DNA of 64,000 nucleotides. Source: Auanema rhodensis (Eukaryota > Animalia > Nematoda). The stretch covers positions 9,672,001-9,736,000 of the forward strand of contig OZ059894.1 of NCBI GenBank assembly GCA_964057225.1, given 5' to 3'. How positions within the stretch are numbered: position 1 is the stretch's first letter; each line of letters opens with the position of its first letter. Made by a program: the position numbers and the translations under genes. Positions 22,101 to 34,100 of the stretch are shown here, piece after piece. Below the pieces are notes generated by a model. That model was not told the origin of the DNA, made no database searches, and was given only the letters and a program-made list of their open reading frames with translations.

Positions 22101-25100
22101 GCAGTCTTGCGCTCTACGATATACTCGAGTGGTTCCTCGTCGCCTTCTGGAGGCGATGTCCATTTAATCTCGGCTGTCGTAGCAGACAGATGAATCAGCT
22201 GAATGTATCGAGGAGCTAACGGTGTATCAACCATTTTCAAGGCATAGCTAGCTTCATCTTCTCCAAATTGGTTAACCAGATGAACTCTAAGCTCGCCTTC
22301 ATCATCTTTTTTCATTTTGCGAATACGGAATGAAACATGATCTTCATATTGTTCCATATCCAAATCAGTAACAGGCTCTCTGTTCAAAGTAATACGAATG
22401 AGTGGTGCAGGGAAAGCTGTGAAGAATAGCTTTCTTTCGAAACTGCTTCCAGCTTTATGATAGACAAGTTTTGTAGACCTGAAACAAACTCAATTTCAAT
22501 CAGATTACTAATGCAATAACTCACTTCTCTTGAATAGTTGGTGGAATATCAGCAGAAATGCGAGCTGGAGAGCTACCAATGTCATCATCAATAACAACAT
22601 GGTAAACTCCGATATAGAAATTAGAAAATTGAACTAATTGAAGTGTTGTAACATTGTTTTCAATTTGAATGTTGATGAAATCGTTTGATAGAACAATCAT
22701 ACCATTCTTGAACCATTTAGCGTTTCTTATTCTCTTACTTGCTACACATCGAAGTTCAATAACTTGGTAAAGATCTGATAAAGCAATAGCTTTTGGATGT
22801 TCAATGATCTGTTGTGGTGTTCCATCATCTGTATTCATAAAATAAGTTTGCATCAGACTTATTGAATATCTTACCTTCAAGAATATCTTCTGTACTTACT
22901 ATATCTTGCTCATCTACATCTTCATCCTTCTTCAATGATTTTCCGATAGTTAATTGAACTGACATCTTAGTTTCAGTTATTGTAATGAATTCTTCTTCGT
23001 TGGTATTTATAAGTATTTTTCTTTCATCCACATTTCTTGATATATTAGCACTGGCGCTTGAGATCATGACTGTAGTTGAAGCTTCCTGAATAGCAGACAT
23101 TCATACTAGAATTTTAATAAAAAATTTCTTTATTACCTGAGATGAGAATTCTTCGGGGAATGCTTCAATACCGTCTTCTTCGGAGATAGAATCAAGTAGA
23201 ACATCAACTTCAATAGCACTTTCGGATGTGCTTTCAGAATCGCTGTATTCATCTTCATAAATCATTAACTCCGTTTCATCATAATCATAGAAATTCAAAT
23301 CAACAATAGCATCTGTGGTTGAAGATTCTTCTCCGGCTTCAATATCGACTTCAACTATCATGTCACTAGTTCCTATAAAAAGTTCACTTAACTATTCGAA
23401 TATATTGTAAAGATATCATATGAGATGAAATAAAAAATACCTGATATTGTACGTGTTCTAGATACGTTCACTTCAAGTGTGGAATCAGATTTGGCTGCAA
23501 GACCGAGAGTCATATCTACATCTTCAGTTGGGGATGTAACGATTATTTCAATTCTTTCCTTCTTCTGAGATTTTTTCTTCTTTAATTTACCCAACTTTTT
23601 CTTTTTCTTATCCTTCTCCTCAGTAATAACAGCAGCTTCAGTTGTATCTGTAATACCAGTCACTGAAAATAAACATATCAACTTATTATCCGCCTACAAA
23701 CAGTAAGCTTACTCTCCAATTCTTGTTCCGGACAACCATCTTCATCCTTGTTTTTTAACAAATCCCAAATTATTCCCACACCTATCTTTTGAGTACGTGG
23801 CTTGATCAGTGAGCATTCAAGTAAAATAGATTCTTCGGCACATTCCAAACAATCCAGCTTTTCAATCTCCAATAATGGAATAAAGCAAAGTTTTGAAACT
23901 TCAAGAGATTCTCCAGTAACAGAGAAAACAGAATTGATTTCACGAGAAATAACCGTTTTCTCAGCTTCAGCTTTCTGTTTCTTTTCGAGTTCAGCCTTCT
24001 TCTCAGTCTCAGCCTTCTTCTCAGCTTCAGCCTTCTGTTTCTTGTCGAATTCAGCCTTCTTCTCAGTCTCAGCCTTCTTCTCAGCTTCAGCCTTCTGTTT
24101 CTTGTCGAGTTCAGCCTTCTTCTCAGTCTCAGCCTTCTGTTTCTTTTCGAGTTCAGCCTTCTTCTCAGCTTCAGCCTTCTGTTTCTTTTCGAGTTCAGCC
24201 TTCTTCTCAGTCTCAGCCTTCTGTTTCTTTTCGAGTTCAGCCTTCTTCTCAGCTTCAGCCTTCTGTTTCTTCTCCAGTTCAGTCTTCTTCTCAGCGTCAG
24301 CCTTCTTCTCAGTCTCAGTCTTCTTCTCAACGTCAGCCTTCTGTTTCTTTTCGAGTTCAGCCTTCTTCTCAGCTTCAGCCTTTTTCTCAGCTTCAGCCTT
24401 CTGTTTCTTCTCCAGTTCAGTCTTCTTCTCAGTCTCAGTCTTCTTCTCAACGTCAGCCTTCTGTTTCTTTTCGAGTTCAGCCTTCTTCTCAGCTTCAGCC
24501 TTCTGTTTCTTCTCCAGTTCAGTCTTCTTCTCAGCGTCAGCCTTCTTCTCAGTCTCAGTCTTTTTCTCAACGTCAGCCTTCTGTTTCTTTTCGAGTTCAG
24601 CCTTCTTCTCAGCTTCAGCCTTATTCTCAGCTTCAGCCTTCTGTTTCTTCTCGAGTTCAGCCTTCTTCTCAGCTTCAACCTTCTGTTTCTTCTCGAGTTC
24701 AGTCTTCTTCTCAGAGTCAGCCTTCTGTTTCTTCTCGAGTTCAGCCTTCTTTTCAGCCTCAGCCTTCTTCTCAGCTTCAGCCTTCGGTTTCTTCTGGAGT
24801 TCAGTCTTCTTCTCAGCTTCAGCCTTCTGTTTCTTCTCAAGTTCACTCTTCTTCTCAGCTTCAGCCTTCTGTTTCTTCTCGTCTTCATTCTTCTTCTCAG
24901 CTTCAGCCTTCTGTTTCTTCTCGAGTTCTGTCTTCTTCTCAGCTTCAGACTTCTGTTTCTTTTCGAGTTCAGTCTTCTTCTCAGCGTCAGCCTTCTGTTT
25001 CTTCTCGAGTTCAGCCTTCTTTTCAGTCTCAGCCTTCTTCTCAGCTTCAGCCTTCTGTTTCTTCTCGAGTTCAGCCTTCTTCTCAGCTTCAGACTTCTGT

Positions 25101-28100
25101 TTCTTTTCGAGTTCAGTCTTCTTCTCAGCTTCAGATTTCTTCTCAGCGTCAGCCTTCTTCTCAGCTTCAGACTTCTGTTTCTTCTCGAGTTCAGCCTTCT
25201 TTTCAGCCTCAGCCTTCTTCTCAGCTTCAACCTTCGGTTTCTTCTGGAGTTCAGTCTTCTTCTCAGCTTCAGCCTTCTGTTTCTTCTCAAGTTCACTCTT
25301 CTTCTCAGCTTCAGCCTTCTGTTTCTTCTCGTCTTCAGTCTTTTTCTCAGCTTCAGCCTTCTGTTTCTTCTCGAGTTCTGTCTTCTTCTCAGCTTCAGCC
25401 TTCTGTTTCTTTTCGAGTTCAGTCTTCTTCTCAGCTTCAGATTTCTTCTCAGCGTCAGCCTTCTTCTCAGCTTCAGACTTCTGCTTCTTCTCGAGTTCTG
25501 TCATCTTCTCAGCTTCAGCCTTCTGTTTCTTTTCGAGTTCAGTCTTCTTCTCAGCGTCAGCCTTCTGTTTCTTCTCGAGTTCAGCCTTCTTTTCAGTCTC
25601 AGCCTTCTTTTCAGCTTCAGCCTTCTGTTTCTTCTCGAGTTCAGCCTTCTTCTCAGCTTCAGACTTCTGTTTCTTTTCGAGTTCAGTCTTCTTCTCAGCT
25701 TCAGATTTCTTCTCAGCTTCAGACATCTGTTTCTTCTCGAGTTCAGCTTTCTTTTCAGCCTCAGCCTTCTTCTCAGCTTCAGCCTTCGGTTTCTTCTGGA
25801 GTTCAGTCTTCTTCTCAGCTTCAGCCTTCTGTTTCTTCTCAAGTTCACTCTTCTTCTCAGCTTCAGCCTTCTGTTTCTTCTCGTCTTCAGTCTTCTTCTC
25901 AGCCTCAGCCTTCTTCTCAGCTTCAGCCTTCTTCTCAGCTTCAGACTTCTGTTTCTTCTCGAGTTCAGTCTTCTTCTCAGCTTCAGCCTTCTTCTCAGCT
26001 TCAGCCTTCTGTTTCTTCTCGAGTTCAGTCTTCTTCTCAGCTTCAGCCTTTTGTTTCTTCTCGAGTTCAGTCTTCTTTTCAGCTTCAGCCTTCTTCTCAG
26101 CTTCAGCCTTCTGTTTCTTCTCGAGTTCAGTCTTCTTCTCAGCTTCAGCCTTTTGTTTCTTCTCGAGTTCAGCCTTCTTTTCAACCTCAGCCTTCTTCTC
26201 AGCTTCAGCCTTCTGTTTCTTCTCGAGTTCAGTCTTCTTTTCAGCTTCAGCCTTCTTCTCAGCTTCAGCCTTCTGTTTCTTCTCGAGTTCATTCTTCTTC
26301 TCAGCTTCAGACTTCTGTTTCTTCTCGAGTTCAGCCTTCTTTTCAACCTCAGCCTTCTTCTCAGCTTCAGCCTTCTGTTTCTTCTCGAGTTCAGTCTTCT
26401 TCTCAGCTTCAGCCTTCTTCTCAGCCTCAGCCTTCTTCTCAGCTTCAGCCTTCTGTTTCTTCTCGAGTTCAGCCTTCTTCTCAGCCTCAGCCTTCTTCTC
26501 AGCTTCAGCCTTCTGTTTCTTCTCGAGTTCAGTCTTCTTTTCAGCTTCAGCCTTCTTCTCAGCTTCAGCCTTCTGTTTCTTCTCGAGTTCAGTCTTCTTC
26601 TCAGCTTCAGACTTCTGTTTCTTCTCGAGTTCAGCCTTCTTTTCAACCTCAGCCTTCTTCTCAGCTTCAGCCTTCTGTTTCTTCTCGAGTTCAGTCTTCT
26701 TCTCAGCTTCAGCCTTCTTCTCAGCCTCAGCCTTCTTCTCAGCTTCAGCCTTCTGTTTCTTCTCGAGTTCAGCCTTCTTCTCAGCCTCAGCCTTCTTCTC
26801 AGCTTCAGCCTTCTGTTTCTTCTCGAGTTCAGCCTTCTTCTCAGCCTCAGCCTTCTTCTCAGCTTCAGCCTTCTTCTCAGCCTCAGCCTTCTTCTCAGCT
26901 TCAGCCTTCTGTTTCTTCTCGAGTTCAGCCTTCTTCTCAGCCTCAGCCTTCTTCTCAGCTTCAGCCTTCTGTTTCTTCTCGAGTTCAGCCTTCTTCTCAG
27001 CCTCAGCCTTCTTCTCAGCTTCAGCCTTCTGTTTCTTCTCGAGTTCAGCCTTCTTCTCAGCCTCAGCCTTCTTCTCAGCTTCAGCCTTCTGTTTCTTCTC
27101 GAGTTCAGCCTTCTTTTCAACCTCAGCCTTCTTCTCAGCTTCAGCCTTCTGTTTCTTCTCGAGTTCAGCCTTCTTCTCAGCCTCAGCCTTCTTCTCAGCT
27201 TCAGCCTTCTGTTTCTTCTCGAGTTCAGCCTTCTTCTCAGCCTCAGCCTTCTTCTCGGCTTCAGTCTTCTTTTCAGTTTCTTCCTTCTTCTCAGCTTCAG
27301 CTTTCTGTTTCTTCTCGAGTTCAGTCTTCTTCTCAGCTTCAGCCTTCTTTTCAGCGTCAGCCTTTTGTTTCTTCTCGAGTTCAACCTTCTTCTCAGCCTC
27401 AGCCTTCTTCTCAGCTTCAGCCTTCTGTTTCTTGTCGAGTTCAGCCTTCTTCTCAGCCTCAGTCTTCTTCTCAGCTTCAGTCTTCTTTTCAGTTTCTTCC
27501 TTCTTCTCAGCTTCAGCTTTCTGTTTCTTCTCGAGTTCAGTCTTCTTCTCAGCGTCAGCCTTCTGTTTCTTCTCGAGTTCAGTCTTCTTCTCAGCTTCTG
27601 CCTTCTTCTCAGCTTCAGCTTTCTGTTTCTTCTCGAGTTCAGTCTTCTTCTCAGCTTCAGCCTTCTTCTCAGCGTCAGCCTTTTGTTTCTTCTCGAGTTC
27701 AGTCTTCTTCTCAGCTTCAGCCTTTTTCTCAGCGTCAGCCTTCTGTTTCTTCTCAAGTTCAGCCTTCTTCTCAGTCTCAGCCTTCTTATCAGCTTCAGCC
27801 TTCTGTTTCTTCTCGAGTTCAGCCTTTTTCTCAGCCTCAGCCTTCTTCTCAGCTTCAGCCTTCTGTTTCTTGTCGAGTTCAGCCTTTTTCTCAGCCTCAG
27901 CCTTCTTCTCAGCTTCAGCCTTCTGTTTCTTCTCGAGTTCAGTCTTCTTTTCAGCTTCAGCCTTCTTCTCAGCTTCAGCCTTCTGTTTCTTCTCGAGTTC
28001 AGTCTTCTTCTCAGCTTCAGCCTTCTTCTCAGCGTCAGCCTTCTGTTTCTTCTCAAGTTCAGCCTTCTTCTCAGCCTCAGCCTTCTTCTCAGCTTCAGCC

Positions 28101-31100
28101 TTCTGTTTCTTCTCGAGTTCAGCCTTCTTCTCAGCCTCAGCCTTCTTCTCAGCTTCAGCCTTCTGTTTCTTCTCGAGTTCAGCCTTCTTTTCAACCTCAG
28201 CCTTCTTCTCAGCTTCAGCCTTCTGTTTCTTCTCGAGTTCAGTCTTCTTCTCAGCTTCAGCCTTCTTCTCAGCCTCAGCCTTCTTCTCAGCTTCAGCCTT
28301 CTGTTTCTTCTCGAGTTCAGCCTTCTTCTCAGCCTCAGCCTTCTTCTCGGCTTCAGTCTTCTTTTCAGTTTCTTCCTTCTTCTCAGCTTCAGCTTTCTGT
28401 TTCTTCTCGAGTTCAGTCTTCTTCTCAGCTTCAGCCTTCTTTTCAGCGTCAGCCTTTTGTTTCTTCTCGAGTTCAACTTTCTTCTCAGCCTCAGCCTTCT
28501 TCTCAGCTTCAGCCTTCTGTTTCTTGTCGAGTTCAGCCTTCTTCTCAGCCTCAGCCTTCTTCTCAGCTTCAGCCTTCTGTTTCTTGTCGAGTTCAGTCTT
28601 CTTCTCAGCTTCAGTCTTCTTTTTAGTTTCTTCCTTCTTCTCAGCTTCAGCTTTCTGTTTCTTCTCGAGTTCAGTCTTCTTCTCAGCTTCAGCCTTCTTC
28701 TCAGCGTCAGCCTTCTGTTTCTTCTCGAGTTCAGTTTTCTTCTCAGCTTCTGCCTTCTTCTCAGCTTCAGCTTTCTGTTTCTTCTCGAGTTCAGTCTTCT
28801 TCTCAGCTTCAGCCTTCTTCTCAGCGTCAGCCTTTTGTTTCTTCTCGAGTTCAGTCTTCTTCTCAGCTTCAGCCTTCTTCTCAGCGTCAGCCTTCTGTTT
28901 CTTCTCAAGTTCAGCCTTTTTCTCAGCCTCAGCCTTCTTCTCAGCTTCAGCCTTCTGTTTCTTCTCGAGTTCAGCCTTCTTCTCAGTCTCAGCCTTCTTA
29001 TCAGCTTCAGCCTTCTGTTTCTTCTCGAGTTCAGCCTTTTTCTCAGCCTCAGCCTTCTTCTCAGCTTCAGCCTTCTGTTTCTTGTCGAGTTCAGCCTTTT
29101 TCTCAGCCTCAGCCTTCTTCTCAGCTTCAGCCTTCTGTTTCTTCTCGAGTTCAGTCTTCTTTTCAGCTTCAGCCTTCTTCTCAGCCTCAGCCTTCTTCTC
29201 AGCCTCAGCCTTCTTCTCAGCTTCAGCCTTTTGTTTCTTCTCGAGTTCAGTCTTCTTCTCAGCTTCAGCCTTTTGTTTCTTCTCGAGTTCAGTCTTCTTC
29301 TCAGCTTCAGCCTTCTGTTTCTTCTCGAGTTCAGCCTTCTGTTTCTTCTCGAGTTCAGCCTTCTTTTCAGCCTCAGCTTTCTTCTCAGCTTCAGCCTTCT
29401 GTTTCTTCTCGAGTTCAGTCTTCTTCTCAGCTTCAGCCTTCTTCTCAGCGTCAGCCTTCTGTTTCTTCTCAAGTTCAGCCTTTTTCTCAGCCTCAGCCTT
29501 CTTCTCAGCTTCAGCCTTCTGTTTCTTCTCGAGTTCAGTCTTCTTCTCAGCTTCAGCCTTCTTCTCAGCGTCAGCCTTCTGTTTCTTCTCAAGTTCAGCC
29601 TTTTTCTCAGCCTCAGCCTTCTTCTCAGCTTCAGCCGTCTGTTTCTTCTCGAGTTCAGCCTTCTTCTCAGCTTCAGCCTTCTGTTTCTTCTCAAGTTCAG
29701 CCTTCTTCTCAGCCTCAGCCTTCTTCTCAGCTTCAGCCTTCTGTTTCTTCTCGAATTCAGCCTTCTTCTCAGCCTCAGCCTTCTTCTCAGCTTCAGCCTT
29801 CTGTTTCTTCTCGAGTTCAGCCTTCTTCTCAGCTTCAGCCTTCTGTTTCTTCTCAAGTTCAGCCTTCTTCTCAGCCTCAGCCTTCTTCTCAGCTTCAGCC
29901 TTCTGTTTCTTCTCGAGTTCAGCCTTCTTCTCAGCCTCAGCCTTCTTCTCAGCTTCAGCCTTCTTCTCAGCTTCAGCCTTCTGTTTCTTCTCGAGTTCAG
30001 CCTTCTTCTCAGCCTCAGCCTTCTTCTCAGCTTCAGCCTTCTGTTTCTTCTCGAGTTCAGCCTTCTTCTCAGCTTCAGCCTTCTGTTTCTTATCGAGTTC
30101 AGCCTTCTTCTCAGCCTCAGCCTTCTGTTTCTTCTCGAGTTCAGCCTTCTTCTCAGCTTCAGCCTTCTGTTTCTTCTCGAGTTCAGCCTTCTTCTCAGCT
30201 TCAGCCTTCTTTTTCTTCTCGAGTTCAGCCTTCTTATCAGCTTCAGCCTTCTGTTTCTTCTCGAGTTCAGCCTTCTTCTCAGCCTCAGCCTTCTTCTCAG
30301 CTTCAGCCTTCTTCTCAGCTTCAGCCTTCTGTTTCTTCTCGAGTTCAGCCTTCTTCTCAGCCTCAGCCTTCTTCTCAGCTTCAGCCTTCTGTTTCTTGTC
30401 GAGTACAGCCTTCTTCTCAGCCTCAGCCTTCTTCTCAGCTTCAGCCTTCTGTTTCTTGTCGAGTTCAGCCTTCTTCTCAGCCTCAGCCTTCTTCTCAGCC
30501 TCAGCCTTCTTCTCAGCCTCAGCCTTCTTCTCAGCTTCAGCCTTCTTCTCAACTTCAGCCTTCTGTTTCTTCTCGAGTTCAGCCTTCTTCTTAGCCTCAG
30601 CCTTCTTCTCAGCTTCAGCCTTCTGTTTCTTGTCGAGTTCAGCCTTCTTCTCAGCCTCAGCCTTCTTCTCAGCTTCTGCCTTCTGTTTCTTGTCGAGTTC
30701 AGCCTTCTTCTCAGCCTCAGCCTTCTTCTCAGCTTCAGCTTTCTGTTTCTTCTCGAGTTCAGCTTTCTTCTCAGCCTCAGCCTTCTTCTCAGCTTCAGCC
30801 TTCTGTTTCTTATCGAGTTCAGACTTCTTCTCAGCTTCAGCCTTTTGTTTCTTCTCGAGTTCAGCCTTCTTCTCAGCCTCAGCCTTCTTCTCAGCTTCAG
30901 CCTTCTTCTCAGCCTCATCCTTCTTCTCAGCCTCAGCCTTCTTCTCAGCTTCAGCCTTCTGTTTCTTATCGAGTTCAGACTTCTTCTCAGCTTCAGCCTT
31001 TTGTTTCTTCTCGAGTTCAGCCTTCTTCTCAGCCTCAGCCTTCTTCTCAGCTTCAGCCTTCTTCTCAGCCTCAGCCTTCTTCTCAGCCTCAGCCTTCTTC

Positions 31101-34100
31101 TCAGCCTCAGCCTTCGTCTCAGCCTCAGCCTTCTTCTCAGCTTCAGCCTTCTGTTTCTTATCGAGTTCAGACTTCTTCTCAGCTTCAGCCTTTTGTTTCT
31201 TCTCGAGTTCAGCCTTCTTCTCAGCCTCAGCCTTCTTCTCAGCTTCAGCCTTCTTCTCAGCCTCAGCCTTCTTCTCAGCCTCAGCCTTCTTTTCAGCCTC
31301 AGCCTTCTTCTCAGCTTCAGCCTTCTTCTCAGCTTCAGCCTTCTGTTTCTTGTTGAGTTCAGCCTTCTTCTCAGCCTCAGCCTTCTTCTCAGCTTCAGCC
31401 TTCTGTTTTTTCTCGAGTTCAGCCTTCTTCTCAGCTTCAGCCTTCTTCTCAGCTTCAGCCTTCTTCTCAGCTTCAGCCTTCTGTTTCTTGTCGAGTTCAG
31501 CCTTCTTCTCAGCCTCAGCCTTCTTCTCAGCTTCAGCCTTCTGTTTCTTCTCAGCTTCAGCCTTCTGTTTCTTCTCAGCTTCAGCCTTCTTCTCAGCTTC
31601 AGCCTTCTTCTCAGCTTCAGCCTTCTGTTTTTTCTCGAGTTCAGCCTTTTTCTCAGCCTCAGCCTTCTTTTCAGCTTCAGCCTTCTTCTCAGCTTCAGCC
31701 TTCTGTTTCTTCTCGAGTTCAGCCTTCTTCTCAGCCTCAGCCTTCTTCTCAGCTTCAGCCTTCTGTTTCTTGTCGAGTTCAGCCTTCTTCTCAGCCTCAG
31801 CCTTCTTCTCAGCTTCAGCCTTCTGTTTCTTGTCGAGTTCAGCCTTCTTCTCAGCCTCAGCCTTCTTCTCAGCTTCTGCCTTCTGTTTCTTGTCGAGTTC
31901 AGCCTTCTTCTCAGTCTCAGCCTTCTTCTCAGCTTCAGCCTTCTGTTTCTTGTCGAGTTCAGCCTTCTTCTCAGCCTCAGCCTTCTTCTCAGCTTCAGCC
32001 TTCTGTTTCTTGTCGAGTTCAGCCTTCTTCTCAGCCTCAGCCTTCTTCTCAGCCTCAGCCTTCTTCTCAGCTTCAGCCTTCTTCTCAGCCTCAGCCTTCT
32101 TCTCAGCTTCAGCTTTCTGTTTCTTCTCGAGTTCAGCCTTCTTCTCAGCTTCAGCCTTCTGTTTCTTGTCGAGTTCAGACTTCTTCTCAGCTTCAGCCTT
32201 TTGTTTCTTCTCGAGTTCAGCCTTCTTCTCAGCCTCAGCCTTCTTCTCAGCTTCAGCCTTCTTCTCAGCTTCAGCCTTCTGTTTCTTGTCGAGTTCAGCC
32301 TTCTTCTCAGCCTCAGCCTTCTTCTCAGCTTCAGCCTTCTGTTTCTTCTCGAGTTCAGCCTTCTTCTCAGCCTCAGCCTTCTTCTCAGCCTCAGCCTTCT
32401 TCTCAGCTTCAGCCTTCTTCTCAGCTTCAGCCTTCTGTTTCTTGTTGAGTTCAGCCTTCTTCTCAGCTTCAGCCTTCTGTTTTTTCTCGAGTTCAGCCTT
32501 CTTCTCAGCTTCAGTCTTCTTCTCAGCTTCAGCCTTCTTCTCAGCTTCAGCCTTCTTCTCAGCTTCAGCCTTCTTCTCAGCTTCAGCCTTCTGTTTCTTG
32601 TCGAGTTCAGCCTTCTTCTCAGCCTCAGCCTTCTTCTCAGCTTCAGCCTTCTGTTTTTTCTCGAGTTCAGCCTTCTTCTCAGCTTCAGCCTTCTGTTTCT
32701 TCTCAGCTTCAGCCTTCTTCTCAGCCTCAGCCTTCTTCTCAGCTTCAGCCTTCTTTTCAGCTTCAGCCTTCTGTTTCTTGTCGAGTTCAGCCTTCTTGTC
32801 AGCCTCAGCCTTCTTCTCAGCCTCAGCCTTCTTCTCAGCTTCAGCCTTCTGTTTCTTCTCGAGTTCAGTCTTCTTCTCAGCTTCAGCCTTCTTCTCAGCG
32901 TCAGCCTTTTGTTTCTTCTCGAGTTCAGCCTTCTTCTCAGCCTCAGCCTTCTTCTCAGCTTCAGCCTTCTGTTTCTTCTCGAGTTCATCCTTCTTCTCAG
33001 CCTCAGCCTTCTTATCAGATTCAGCCTTCTGTTTCTTCTCGAGTTCAGCCTTCTTCTCAGCTTCAGCCTTCTGTTTCTTCTCAGCTTCAGCCTTCTTCTC
33101 AGCTTCAGCCTTCTTCTCAGCTTCAGCCTTCTGTTTTTTCTCGAGTTCAGCCTTTTTCTCAGCCTCAGCCTTCTTTTCAGCTTCAGCCTTCTGTTTCTTC
33201 TCGAGTTCAGCCTTCTTCTCAGCCTCAGCCTTCTTATCAGCTTCAGCCTTCTGTTTCTTCTCGAGTTCAGCTTTCTTCTCAGCTTCAGCCTTCTGTTTCT
33301 TCTCGAGTTCAGCCTTCTTCTCAGCCTCAGCCCTCTTCTCAGCTTCAGCCTTCTGTTTCTTCTCAGCCTCAGCCTTCTTCTCAGTCTCAGCCTTTTGTTT
33401 CTTCTCGAGTTCAGCTTTCTTATCAGCCTCAGCCTTCTTCTCAGCTTCAGCCTTCTTCTCAGCCTCAGCCTTCTTCTCAGCTTCAGCCTTCTTCTCAGCT
33501 TCAGCTTTCTGTTTTTTCTCGACTTCAGCCTTCTTCTCAGCCTCAGCCTTCTTCTCAGCTTCAGCCTTCTTCTCAGCCTCAGCCTTCTTCTCAGCGTCAG
33601 CCTTCTGTTTCTTCTCGAGTTCAGCCTTCTTCTCAGCTTCAGCCTTCTGTTTCTTCTCGAGTTCAGCCTTCTTCTCAGCTTCAGCCTTCTGTTTCTTCTC
33701 AGCCTCAGCCTTCTTCTCAGCGTCAGCCTTCTGTTTCTTCTCGAGTTCAGCCTTCTTCTCAGCTTCAGCCTTCTGTTTCTTCTCGAGTTCAGCTTTCTTC
33801 TCAGCTTCAGCCTTCTGTTTCTTCTCGAGTTCAGCCTTCTTCTCAGCCTCAGCCCTCTTCTCAGCTTCAGCCTTCTGTTTCTTCTCAGCCTCAGCCTTCT
33901 TCTCAGTCTCAGCCTTTTGTTTCTTCTCGAGTTCAGCTTTCTTATCAGCCTCAGCCTTCTTCTCAGCTTCAGCCTTCTTCTCAGCCTCAGCCTTCTTCTC
34001 AGCTTCAGCCTTCTTCTCAGCTTCAGCTTTCTGTTTTTTCTCGACTTCAGCCTTCTTCTCAGCCTCAGCCTTCTTCTCAGCTTCAGCCTTCTTCTCAGCG

